Below the pieces are notes generated by a model. It ran no database searches. It was not told where the DNA came from and worked only from the letters and a program-made list of their open reading frames with translations. The translations under genes were made by a program, and so were the position numbers. From positions 32,674,001-32,738,000 of the forward strand of contig OZ004608.1 in assembly GCA_963924565.1 (NCBI GenBank): a stretch of 64,000 nt of DNA, read 5' to 3'. The stretch is from Ascidiella aspersa (lineage: Eukaryota). Position 1 is the stretch's first letter. Each line of letters opens with the position of its first letter. Of this stretch, positions 14,227 to 26,101 are shown piece by piece.

Positions 14227-15569
14227 GTAGGTTGCTCGCCTCCTTTATAACGGGAGTGGTGTTTTTGTCTGTTTTGTAAATTAAACTCTGTTTGGAATTC
14301 ACGGCCAAGTCGGTTGTTGACAACAGCAATTTAAGTTTGCGTTTGCTTGAAATCGGTTTAAGACGATTGTAAAATAACAACTTAAATAAAATATACGGTA
14401 AAATTTTGAAATTAAAACCCAAAAAAGTCCACAATTCCATTACAATGATAACAATTAATCAAACCGTCGTACATATTACTGCTTTTCCCTACACTTTCCT
14501 ATTTACATTTCGTCTGCGTTGAACATGCAGTGTGCGTAAAATGTAGGGTATATGACAATAGTGGAATTAACAAATAAAGACAATATCAGTTAAAGCTTTG
14601 AAATTAAAGCCCAAAAAAGTCCACAATTCCATTACGATGATAGCCGGCGTACATATTACTGCAATTGTAAATACTATCATATTAACATTTGGTATACGTT
14701 CGAGGAAATGTATTGTAGATATTTTTTTATTTTGCGTTCATACTTTCGTTTAAGACAATGGTGGAATTAACAACCAAAAAACAATATCAGTTCATTTCAA
14801 ACTTCTTGCTGATATTCTCTTATGCTTTGTTCACTTACTGAAAGTTCAGTAAAAAATGGGTCAACAAGTTTTCGCTGTTAATACGTTAAGTTAAGAGTTG
14901 CCGCTAAAAAATGAGAAACATTAGTCGGTATACTTTGAAAGTAAATGTCAAATCCAAATAGGCCTACTTGGCGATGACATTCATCTTCAAGATTCATTAC
15001 AGATTCGTGCATTCTGTACTGTAGTTGTTATAGTTATGGTAAATGTAAGGACGCAGCCATAAAATAAAAAGTGTTCCACCGAGGGTAGCGTAGAATTTCA
15101 ACTGTGCTAAAATACTGTTGTTTATTTGACCCTCGCGTGTCACAATTTCTATTGCTTCTAACAGACAAGGTAACAATTGGCGCAATTTGGCAAACTTGCA
15201 CCGTAACGTACAATCGTAATTAACTCGCCTTTCAGTCGCTCTCAAAAGCAAGCACTGCTACTATTCAAACCGACAGCAAAACACAGCAATGTCGCGTGCT
15301 TCATAACCTAAACATACAAATCTAAAGCGAACACGCCGTTCGGACTCAGTTTATCTTGGGCCGAGGCAGATGCCATTGTGCAACGATCAGACAGCGATCT
15401 GTCGACGCCCGCACGATCCCTTTGTCCTAGGGGGGTTAGGGGGAGGCCTTGTTTATTTTCCTTGAGCCCTAAAATCGCACAAGGCACGTCGACATGACCT
15501 TGGCGGCTGAATGTGTACGCACCATTCGCCGGGATTTTTTAACGATTGAAAGGGCAAGATCAGGAAGCT

Positions 15570-16180
15570 AATTTTTGCTGGAAGGCTAATTTAACGCGTT
15601 GCAACATAAACTAGCTATTGCTTAAGAGTGTGGCTGTTGTATTGCCGTACAGTTCGTCAAAATTAGTGCTTTTTAACATCTACGTGGACGAACAAGCATT
15701 TTTGTGCTGGGAGGCTGCTTTAAGGCGTTTTCAAGGCAAGCTTGTGCTTGTTTATATGGGAGGCAGTTGTATGTATGCTAGATTCGCCAAAATCAGCTTT
15801 TAACCTCTTTAAGAGGCAGAACAGGCATTTTGTGTTGCTGGGAGGCTGTTAAAGACCGTTGCCAATACAAACTAACGCCTGCTCATTGCTAGCATAAGAA
15901 AGGAAAGCGAATCTTTCTACTCCTATAAGAGCACAAAAGGCGTTGTTTGCTCTAGGGCTGCTTTGGTGTTTTGCACCAAAACTGCTTTTTACTGCGAGGC
16001 TAATTCATATACGCACCAAAACAAGTTCTTCTTGTCGAAACAAATTCTTTTAACCTTATTATAAGACGGAGAAAAGGCTATTTGTTAACTGGAAGGGCGT
16101 TTAGTGCACTGCAAACGCAAACTCAGGCTTGCTTATAAGTGAGGCGACTGCATGAACGCTTAACTTAGCATAAAAAAGAA
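15570..16180. repeat. Degenerate tandem repeats (~125 bp period)
   Basis: Recurrent TTTG..CTGGRAGG motif at about 15573, 15701, 15830 and 16081, with similar following sequence. Confidence 0.5.
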
Positions 16181-16321
16181 GCGCCAACACACTAAACTTA
16201 AACAAAAGCAATAACTGGTGTATCTTTTGCTGGGGGGGGGGGGCTGTGTACACGCGTAACAACCAAAAAGCGACGCCTGCTCATGTCAGCACGCGTTTAA
16301 AGCTGTCCGCCGTTTTTGCAG

Positions 16322-16533
16322 AATGGCGATGGCCTCCCGCCTCGGATCCATCTCAGCGCCGTCCGCGCACCACGCCTCGGTCTTGGAGGGTTCCGTGGAG
16401 CAGCCCGGCGCCTCTGTGGGGGCTTGGGCCGTCCCGAACCGCAGACGATCGAGTGCCCTACACTCGCAGCAGTACGCCAGAAGCTCGACAGTGATGCCCG
16501 GGCCTTCGCGCAGACAGTCCAAGATCACTGAGA
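16322..16533 (+). CDS. Tctex-1-family dynein light chain, coding exon 2 (MAMASRLGS...RRQSKITE)
   Basis: Acceptor GTTTTTGCAG; GC-rich open frame; donor A|GTAAGC in phase 1, matching the exon at 23284. Confidence 0.8.
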
Positions 16534-16579
16534 GTAAGCATGGGGGTTTTGAATATGTCCGAATCGCTATTGGTGATGG

Positions 16580-17800
16580 GGGCTAGAAACATGTAGCTGC
16601 TATAGTTGGTTGGTGGTTGGCAAGAGTTTGAGTTTGATTTAGCTTGATTTGGCGTTTGAAAATGTAAAGAGTTACGAGTAAAATTAAACCACTATGCTCT
16701 TTAATTCATAATTGGTGTACAATGCTAGACATATGTGGATGCTGGTTGGCTGTTAGGTAACAAAAGTTTGAGTTGGATTTAATTCGATTTGCGGTCAAAA
16801 ATTTATTAGGATAAATGAAGAAAATTAGAAAAATATTGTACTTTAATTCATAATTGGTGTAGAATGCTAGAAATGTGTAACATACGGCGGTTGGAGGTTG
16901 GCAAAAATTGGGGTTGGATTAATTTTGATTTGCGCTTAAAAATATAACGAGTTACAACAAATAATCAAAATTTGCACTTTAATTGGTAATTAATTGGTTC
17001 TGAAGGCTAGATACGTGTAGCTTCTGGTCGCTTAGTGGTTAGCACGATTTAGATTTGGATTAACTCAACTTGTCGCTTGTAAAAGTAGCGAGTTACTGGT
17101 TAAATAAAGAAAACTAAACAATATTGCATTCTTATTCATAGCTGGTGAAAAATGCTATAGAGAGATGTTTAGTTGTTTGTCGGTGAAGGCTGGCAAGAGT
17201 TGAGGTTGGATTTAACTTTCCATTGCGCTTAACGAGTTACTAGAAAATTAAAAAAATTCACTTTAATTTTAAATTAGTGCTGAATGTTAGATATGTGTAG
17301 CTGTTGGTTGGTTGGGGCCACTAACCAGTGGTTAGCAAGAGTTTGAGTTTGATTTACTTTGACTTGACGCTTGAAAATGTAATGAGTTACACGAATAAGT
17401 AAAGTAAATTAAAAAATTGTGCATTTTAATTCACTATTGGTGTAGAATGCTAGATATGTGTAGATGCCGGTTGGTTGGTTGGTTGGTACCAAGAGTTTGA
17501 ATTTGATGTAACTCGACTTCGCGCTTGAAAGTGTTAAGAGTTACGAGAAAAATTACAAAAATATGACCTTTAATTCAAAATTGGTGTAAAATGCTAGAAG
17601 TGTGTCGCTGTTGGTTGGTGGAACTTAACTTTGCCCTTGTAAATATAACTGGTTACGAGAAAGATTAAAAAATCGCACTTTATTTCATATTTGGTGTGGG
17701 CTGCTAGATATGTCTAGCTGTGGGCTGTTTTTTTTATCAACAAGGGTTTTAGTCGGATTAGCATCTACATTTGTTTAAATGTAAAAAGTGACTCAAATAA
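16580..17800. repeat. Degenerate intronic satellite, about 9 units of ~140 bp
   Basis: Recurrent TTTAATTCAT..ATTGGTG..AATGCTAGA..TGTAGCT..GGTTGG..AAGAGTTTGAGTT; GCTAGA-like anchors near 16582, 16724, 16866, 17006, 17154, 17285, 17449, 17593 and 17703. Confidence 0.85.
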
Positions 17801-20800
17801 ATAAAAAAAACTTTAAGAAGACTTTGTTTAGTTCTTGTTACGGGATAAGTGTTCCCTGACTGCATTGTCGCTTAAATAAATTCTTGCAAATGTAGGGTTT
17901 AGTAAATTATGAGAAGCACTTTCTGTTGTAGCCTATAGCTATCCTAGCGACGAAGTTGGGATTTGCAAGTTTTACAGACCAATTTTTTTTACAGAATCGC
18001 GTTTTTTATGCTGGTTTGCTAAATTTTGCAGAAAAAATGTTAACGAAAGGTGCAAAAAAGTAAAAAGAGTTGAGCAATTAAATTATAAAGTTATAGGTTA
18101 GACGCCTAGCTCATCTCTAAGTCAAATCACAAGTAGCCTATCTAAATTAAACAAAAAACTATTAAAACTAGTAAACGCGTCCTATTACGAACAATAATTA
18201 AATAAAAAATACCAAAAACAACATCTATAGCAATCTAATTGTTTCAAGTGAAAAACTCGAGAAAATAGCCAAATTTGATAAAATAATGTTAATAAATACA
18301 CTTGTTTTTAACCGACTTAAGTCCAAGTCAAGTCTTTTGTATCTAAAACTCAAGTCAAGTCAATGACTTAAGTCATTACAACAGCTGAGGCTATAAGTAT
18401 TTAGCCTTTTGTGATTTGGCAGCAGCAGAACGCGATTTGTTGTAACATTACGACCGATAAAATCGCCGGTGTGACACAAAGTGCCCTCAATGCGCGGTAC
18501 CCAATTGTGCTTAACGGCATGGCTAGGAAAATAGAAACAACAAAGCGGTAGCTCGTCTAGCATAACGATCGTTGCGTAACCAAAAAGACGGATATAAAGA
18601 CTGTAAAAGGCTAAAGTAGAGGGTACAAGTTTGTACTGGCAAAACGGATATTGCAGAACGGTGAAAAGGCAGCTTAGAAGACTGTAGTTAAGTCAGTGCT
18701 TTCTTTTTGTTGTATAATAATCTGCAATAAATGCTTTTTCGTGTTTGTTCTGAAATGGAGTTGCTGTGGTAAATGTAACTTGTTTGTTTTTGAATAAGGG
18801 TGCGAACGTGTGCAGAGCAGCACATAAGTAGACAAAAAAAGAAAGTTTGTTACGATTGGCCAAACTGCTTCAATAACTGTACCAGGAGTTAATATGTAAT
18901 TAAAACGTTATGCAAAATGCAAGAAATGCATGTCAAAACGTTTTCCCCAACAAGTTAGTAAGATTTAAGGTGTAAAAAAATATATTATATGTCGGAACAT
19001 TGTTTTACATTTTGGTCCTCTAGTTTGAACAAACAGGTTTGCAATTACAGATAAGCCAGGGCATCAGTTTTGTTATGATTTAAGTGATTTCCTTCAGCTA
19101 ATATCACAATGATTGATTTGACAAATTAAAATGGTTGGAGCATTATTTAAACGCCTATTACAAGAAGAAGAATAAAGCTAGTTTAGGCGAAGTTCCAAAA
19201 CTCGACTTCATTGATATACGCGGGCAAGCAATTGGTGAAACAGTTAACATGTGTAGTACAATGTTCGACAAGTTCTGCTGACGTAGGTTACATATGGACG
19301 ACTTACTTAATCGACGGCAATAAAATACGGGTAGCAGCTTAGAGAAAGGCACAGGTAGATTGGCGGATTACGAATTTCGCAAAATTATTTCTTGTAATCG
19401 AGCTTGAAAAGCTGAGATGCTTTTAAATTGGGTAAAAATAGTAAGCTGTTGTATTAGGCAAATAAATAAGCGCTTTTAGATCTCGCCTACTTTTTTGATA
19501 AAGTTTACGCAAGGTTAAAAACAATAGTTTTGGTTTGTTAAGTTAAAAATTAAGGAATCGTTTTTCTATTTGCACTTATGAGTCCCCTTGCGTAGCGTAG
19601 TGGTTTTCAAGCCCAAATTAATTATTAGTAATTATTGACTGTTGGAAAACTTTTTTTGGAAAATTTTGTTTATTGCCTGAAACTTGAAAAAAAATCTTGG
19701 GCGTACAATTGATTCATGTACTGCACACGATATTTTTGTTTTGTTGAAATAAGAGGGCCAATGGATTTTCTTGAGACATTTAGAGATTTTCAGTTCCAAG
19801 AGGTTGATGGCCTAAATTTGGGACTTGAAGATGATATATAACGATTTGGCCTAATATTATAGGGTACTACACATTATCGTTTGATGTCGATGGAGAACAA
19901 ATCAAAACCAAGCAAAACAGATCAGACACTACCACTTTAAAAAACGTTGTCATGCCGAAGTGCTGTTTGTGATGTTTTCTCGGCGCTTGTACGCTTATTA
20001 AGAACCTGACCACGCCGTTAAGTGGGATATATTGCCCGAACAATTGACTTGACTGCAGCATGATGCTATCTCGAGCCTATTGTGGCCACAGCATGAAATG
20101 GTCGTCCGCGCGTCGCACTGATGGAGTTTGTTTGGATTGGGGCATGACTGGACCGGTATTCCTGGCCACTTCAAAAGACGCCAGGCTCCCTTTTGTGGCC
20201 ACTTTTTGTGTCTTGCACCAAGTCTTTGCTGAATTGCAAGGCCATTTTTTAAGTATTCAAGTGTAAGATATTAGCTTGGCGAAGTTTGAGTAAAGATAGG
20301 GTCCAAAAAAGATGTTGATTGCTTTTCAAGTGGTTATATTTAAACTTCTCTATATGAGTTTAAAGAAGGGCCAACATATTGGTGGAAATAGGCGGTTTTC
20401 AAGATAACCATGAAACCACTCTAGTAATTTCAAGGTAAAGTCAAGTGAGTTACATAAGTAAACTGGCCAACCTAGATAACAATTTCATCAAGAATGACTA
20501 AAACGGGCGCCTTTCGTGTGTAACGTTAAAACAAATATGGTTTATATGACGGTGGTCATGTGAAATTTGGTTCAACAATAAATGTGTAAAAAAGTTGCGG
20601 AAAATCAGATTGCCATTCACTCGGGATAATGAAAAATGCTCAAAATCAATAGTTAAAAGATATGCATTTTTAGTGGCGCTAAAGTAATTTATGTAATTAT
20701 TAGATGTGAACCAATGAAGTCACTTTAAAACATTAATTTTAACATCGAAATGCAATTTAAAATGACAAGCGATTAAACCGTGAAATTAAAACCAGCAAAC

Positions 20801-20960
20801 GAATCTATAGAAGGGAAAAATCATATATTTCATATTTCAAAGGTATAGATGCTATTTGCCCGGTTAACGTTGCTGTCATGGTAAATAGTCCCCTCCTATT
20901 TTAAAACAAACGCTTTTCAGGTGGCCTTGAACCAGTCTAGTGCATTTAAAAGGTTTTTTT

Positions 20961-21070
20961 CTTACGACAATTAATATTCCTAGGCGGTCACCCATCCAGG
21001 TACTAAACAATCCCAAGTGTGCGTAACTTCCAAAATCGGATGAGATCGGGTGCATTCAACGCTTGTGTAC
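20961..21070 (-). pseudogene. Degenerate 5S rRNA copy (pseudogene or 5S-derived SINE head)
   Basis: The reverse strand reads TGAATGCACCCGATCTCATCCGATTTTGGAAGTTACGCAC...TTAGTACCTGGATGGGTGACCGCCTAGGAATA, colinear with metazoan 5S rRNA including box A/C. Terminal stems are diverged and a short A run follows the 3' end. Confidence 0.8.
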
Positions 21071-21127
21071 AAAAAGAAGTTTTTTTTACTATCTAAAAGA
21101 AAGTAAAGAAAGTAAGTGTAAAATAAA

Positions 21128-21585
21128 CAGGCAGTCGAACCGTTTGACTTTTCCGGTTCAGGTTCGGTTCGGGTTCAAGGATTTTTTTCGGAATCCGGTT
21201 CAGTTCCGGTTTCGGTTCGGAGTAATTTACAAGTTCCGGTTCAGCTCCGGTTCGAACATCGCTATTTCAAAACCGGTTCATAAAGTTCCGGTTCAGATAC
21301 AATATAATTTGCGTTAAATCTCAAAATGTGGGTCGATAAATGTAGAGAATAATCTTTGAATTGTAAGTCATTTAATCTAAGTTCCGTGACGTCATGCTGA
21401 AGCAAACCGCTTTTGTTTACAGGTTCGGGTTCGGTTAAGGTTCAAGGTACTTTCAAATTACTCGGTTCAGTTCCGGTTTCTCCTTAAAATCTTATAAAAA
21501 CCGGTTCAGGTTCGGTTACGATTCGGAAAGAATTGACCCAAAACCGGTTCATAAAGTTCTGGTTCGGTTCCGGTTCGACTCCCTG
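21128..21585. mobile_element. CCGGTTC-rich hAT MITE, copy 2 (internally deleted)
   Basis: Near-identical to 9673-10260 apart from a ~130-bp deletion; TSD AAAATAAA/AAAATAAG. Confidence 0.9.
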
Positions 21586-23283
21586 AAAATAAGTGATGAA
21601 GGTGTAGTAGCTTTCTTCCCATTGGCTAAAACGGAGGATGGGAATGCCTGAACTGCGCATCGGCAGAAAGTTAACGTTCTTACCTTTTTGATTATGGTGT
21701 AAGCGTTATTGTCAATGTAATTAGTAGTAATAATTTTAGTATTTACACTCCCCCCCCAAAAAAAAAACAGTTGTTACCCAGGAAAAAAATGGCAGGACAC
21801 AAAGCTCACAGTGATCCGGTTAAAGATTACCGTTAGGTGTACAATGCTAACTGACCGGCCTTGAAAATGCTGTGTCGTTGCGACAATACACAGCACGCAA
21901 AAACACGGATCGTTTGTTAGCCGGAACGTCGACGCATTGTGCGTCGGCTGCGCGCCAAGCCGTGAATGCCGAGTAAAAAGTTGCGTGACATTCAGGCTTG
22001 TTTACATGCCTTTGCGATGCGGGTCGTATCCTTGTGTGTTGGTTGTTGGCGAGAAAGCTTCTTTACGCGCCTTTTAAGTAGCTGGATGTTCGCTAAAGAA
22101 GATTTATGACTGGTATTAGGATGTATGGTTGACAGATACGAACCGAATTTTAGATTTTTGTCGCATAATGGTGTTTTTGCATTGTTTAATAGGGTCTCGG
22201 GTTTCATTGGAAAAGCTAACGTCGAATGAATAGCATTAATTAATGGTTTGTGGCTTCTTTTGGTAGACCAATCTCCTGAAGTATATTGTCACGCAACTGG
22301 GAGGTTAAAAAAACTCAGACTAAGAATAACTTCGAGCTTAAGACAGTCACGCCTTTATAGCAGCCTACATTGCATTAAAAAACAGTATTGACGATGTCTG
22401 ATAAACAAAGTATTACAACCGAGGCGAAAGTTTTTTTTCAAATCTGAGAGGAATACTTGCTTCTGGTAGATTTTTCTTTAATTTTCTCAGTTTAGATGTC
22501 AATGGGTTATACAGGGATACAGCAAATTTCTTTTGCAGAATGTTGTAATTATTCTGCCAAATGTCGTAGAGGTACCGCTGCCGATTGAATTTAATTAATT
22601 TTGCTAGTTCCAGAGGTGAATCATAATGGACAGTTTGTAGCAGATTTACAGCAACAGTATATTGAATGCCTTTACCGTGCATTTTGTTCCTAACTTTGTG
22701 ATTAGTTGTTGATTGCTGACAGCAAGTAAATTCGTATTCTTTTTAATCTCTTGACGACGGACGGTGCAGTTAAAATAGCGAATTGTTATAAGACAATGAG
22801 GTTTCTTACTGAATAATAACAAATGTTTGTAGTAAGTGATTTTTTATTCAATGCAAAGACCGTAATGGCATAATGTAATGCTCAGTTACACATGACTTGT
22901 TTACAACACAGCTTTGGTAGCTCAGCCAGAATATACAAAAAGTAACTGTCATTGTCTTTTGTTTTGCTTCATTTTGTTCGAACCGCTCGCAACAACAGCC
23001 ATTAGCCTCACTACTAAGTTACACAGTGACAAAAAACTACGTGGAAACGTAAAACCACATTATTAGAAATGAGAACTAGCGACATTTCGCTTTCAATTAT
23101 ATTAAATAATACAACTAATATTATATAGAGGTGTTAAAGTCTGCTTTATATCTCCTATTCGCAGCGCCTACAATCGCAATTTAGCCCATAACTGGCAAGT
23201 GCTAAGCTAAGTTACACAATACTCAGTGATAAAAACAATTATGTGGAAACGTAAAAGCACCTCAACGCGGATTCTTCCCGCAG

Positions 23284-23468
23284 CTGCCTCCTCTTCAGGA
23301 GGAATAGGAGCAGGAGTGGGAGGAGTGGGGAGCAGCGGCGCCTCCCTCCCGGCGCTCAACGACACGCGAAGGATGAATCTGAGGGACATCATGATCTGGC
23401 GCAAGTTCACCAAGAACCTCAAACAGCGGGTTGTCGAGAAACAGAACGAACAGAGGACCTTTTGTTGG
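23284..23468 (+). CDS. Tctex-1-family dynein light chain, coding exon 3
   Basis: Acceptor TTCTTCCCGCAG, phase 1; ...RRMNLRDIMIWRKFTKNLKQRVVEKQNEQRTFCW; donor TGG|GTAAGA, phase 0. Confidence 0.8.
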
Positions 23469-23490
23469 GTAAGAGAGGCAGTGTTGAAAC

Positions 23491-23633
23491 AAGTCAATGA
23501 CGACTTGACTTGAGTGAAGTGCACTTAAGTCAATGACGACTTGACTTGAGTTAAGTGCACTTAAGTAAATGCGACTTGACTTAAGTGAAGTGCACTTAAG
23601 TAAATGACGACTTGACTTGAGTTAAGTGCACTT
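23491..23633. repeat. Four tandem ~36-bp units inside an AAGTC-family MITE end
   Basis: Unit AAGTCAATGACGACTTGACTTGAGTGAAGTGCACTT repeated head-to-tail after CAGTGTTGAAAC. Confidence 0.85.
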
Positions 23634-24159
23634 AAGTCACTGTTTTTAAACTAATAGACTTGACTTAAGTATGCTGGACAAATGACTTGACGTGGACCTA
23701 AATGCTGCGTAGATTTCGAGGTCCGTGAAGTAACTTTCTACGATTTGACTATAGTTGTACTTTTTATGTCACGGGCTCTTGGAGAACTAAATAATAAAAA
23801 CAGGTGCCAAAGACTGGGAATCATTGGTCTTATCCGTTTCCTTGTGAATTCAGGCAAATAATTTTTTTAATTTGTTGAAGTGTAACTGAATACGTTAAAG
23901 TTTGTAGGTATTGACTTGAAATTATAGAAAAACAAAACAAAAAATCATCCATTATAGGGGCACCAAACTATGGATTTACAAGAAAAAAATTATAAATAGT
24001 ACATTATCAGAACGTCCACTAAAGATTGTTTTTATGGGTGGTGCATCCCGCTAGTGTGACCTGGACCAATGCCTCTTTTAAATTCGCCAATGCCTCTTTT
24101 AAAAAAAAATCATGACGTCATTTTGAGCATGACGTCACATATATCATTCCAATCCACAG

Positions 24160-24353
24160 CTGGACCGAAGCTTCAGCAGAGGTCATCGCCGCACCTTCGC
24201 GCCACCCATGGAAGTCGAACCCACCTATAAGATGGCGCCTGACGAGAAACCGAGCTTGGACAAATGTCGACGCGTCGTCGACGATTATCTGCGACGCAAG
24301 CTCTGTGACGTCAAGTACGATGACGTCATCCAGTCTGCGTCCACGCTGTCCAG
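24160..24353 (+). CDS. Tctex-1-family dynein light chain, coding exon 4 (start of the Tctex-1 domain)
   Basis: Acceptor ATCCACAG; LDRSFSRGHRRTFAPPMEVEPTYKMAPDEKPSLDKCRRVVDDYLRRKLCDVKYDDVIQSASTLS; EPTYKMAP matches the ENTYxLxP motif of Tctex1-domain proteins; donor AG|GTAGGC, phase 2. Confidence 0.9.
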
Positions 24354-24882
24354 GTAGGCGACGTCATGAGACACACTATTAGGTTGAACAGTTCACGATA
24401 GAAGTTAAGTTAGGCGACTGCTAGCTTGGTGTCTTTACTAACCAGAAATTTTATTTTTTATTGATTTTTATTTTAAGTTTACTCCAAGATTAAGCAAAGG
24501 ACATGGGACAATTCTCCAGCATGCTGTCTTGTAGCTAAATAGAATTTAAATGTTTTTAGTATTACTATAATTTGTTTGTTTGTTTTGAGAAATCTATTCA
24601 AAACATTTTTGTTTGCCGTGTTTTGGGGATAAATCTGGACCAATGCAATTGTCAAACGAGTGAAATATTAAGATAGGAAACTGCACGGTACCGAATCGAA
24701 CCATGATAAATTAGGTAAAGACCAGTGAAAAAGTCATTCCCAGTTGGTGACAAGGTACATAATAGACTACGTCTTTCAACAGAAATGCCATTACAGTATT
24801 TCAAGGCCATGATAATTAAAACAAAACATCTCTATATTTAAAAAAATGTCTTCTGATGAAAAAAAAAATTCTCTAAATCCAG

Positions 24883-25102
24883 GAAAATCGCTGACGAGGT
24901 GAAAGAAGAAGTCAAGAGCACGGTTCTTACCCAACGCTACCGCTGCGTAGTCTACGTCACTTTGGGCCAGAAGATGGACCAGGGGGTGCAGGTGGCCAGC
25001 CTCTGCGCCTGGGACCCCAAGAGCGACAGCTACGTTTCGTGCAAGTACGAAAATGGCTCCATGTACTGCATTGTTACCGTTTTTGCCGTCTATCTGGAAT
25101 GA
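24883..25102 (+). CDS. Tctex-1-family dynein light chain, last coding exon (TCTEX1D1/DYNLT5-like group)
   Basis: KIADEVKEEVK...RYRCVVYVTLGQKMDQGVQVASLCAWDPKSDSYVSCKYENGSMYCIVTVFAVYLE*, the characteristic Tctex-1 C-terminal half (RYK, GQ, S.C.WD...D, V.AVY.E). Total spliced CDS 951 nt. Confidence 0.93.
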
Positions 25103-25168
25103 AGAACACACTAGTTGCCGAATTTCGAACTCCGGACACAAATATTCCTGGTCCGCTGTAATGTGATC

Positions 25169-26101
25169 CAGTGTTGTTAACATGTCATTTTGAAATGACT
25201 TAAGTCCTAGTCAAGTCATTTTGTAAAATAACTCAAGTCCAAGTCAAAAAATAATAAGTCATGACGCAGTCTAAGTGGTCATTTGCCCAAGTCAAGTTCA
25301 AGTCAAGTCATTGTTAGAGCTTGTCATTTTTAAATCACGATATTCACATAAAAATAAAACATTGCATTTCTACAGTGTTGTAAACAAGTCATTTTGAAAT
25401 GACTTAAGTCCCAGTCAAGTCATTCGTAAAATAACTGAAGTACAGGTCAAGTGTTGTTGAATAAATAACAAGTCAAGTCCCAGTCCAAGTCATCGGTTTC
25501 CCGAGTCAAGTCCCAGTCAATTCATAATTAGAGCAAGTCAACTTCAAGTCCAGCCCAAAAAAATAAAACTTTAAATTATGAAAACCGGCAAACTCCTCCG
25601 ATTATTATGAGCAACTCAAGTCAAAAATAACATAAAAGCAGCATATAACAAGCAAATTATTTTATGTGCAAAGATTGGGCTAAATAACGCAATTTTATAA
25701 TTAATTGCTTAATTAAAACAATTTATTTTAACCCAAGTCATTTGTCCAAATGACTTAAGTCAAGTCAAGTCATTTGCCCAAAAGACTTAAGTCAAGTCAA
25801 GTTATGTCATTGACTTAAGTCATTACAACACTGCATTTCTATAATATTCTAAATTTCTAGACACTCAACTAAAATAAAATACAACGTTTCTCAAGCTGAT
25901 TGTTTTACGAGCAAAAAGTGAGATAAATAACGTACTTTTATAAACAATTGTTTGACGAAGACACTTAGATTCAACCCAAGTAATTTTGATTGAATGACTG
26001 AATCTAAGTCAAATTATTTGTCCAAACGACTAAAGTTAACTAAAGTTATTTTACCGTAAAAACTTCAAGTCAAGTCATTGACTTAAGTCATCATAACCAT
26101 G
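25169..26101. mobile_element. Older AAGTC-repeat MITE in the Tctex 3' region, hosting a nested copy
   Basis: CAGTGTTGTTAACATGTCATTTTGAAATGACTTAAGTCC ... GACTTAAGTCATCATAACCATG; degenerate TSD ATGTGATC/ATGGGAAC. Confidence 0.7.
25373..25833. mobile_element. Intact AAGTC-repeat hAT-type MITE (461 bp)
   Basis: TIRs CAGTGTTGTAA ... TTACAACACTG; perfect 8-bp TSD CATTTCTA. Confidence 0.88.

Noticed and set aside
16323-16325. ATG at 16323 as the Tctex start codon
   Set aside because: It sits 1 nt after a strong acceptor whose phase matches the upstream 14087-14226 exon. It remains possible as an alternative start.
21063-21317. 84-aa ORF with FRF repeats
   Set aside because: Translation of the GGTTC repeats of the MITE.
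23491-23633. CRISPR-like 36-bp repeats
   Set aside because: Units are head-to-tail with no unique spacers, lie in a eukaryotic intron inside a MITE, and no cas genes are present.
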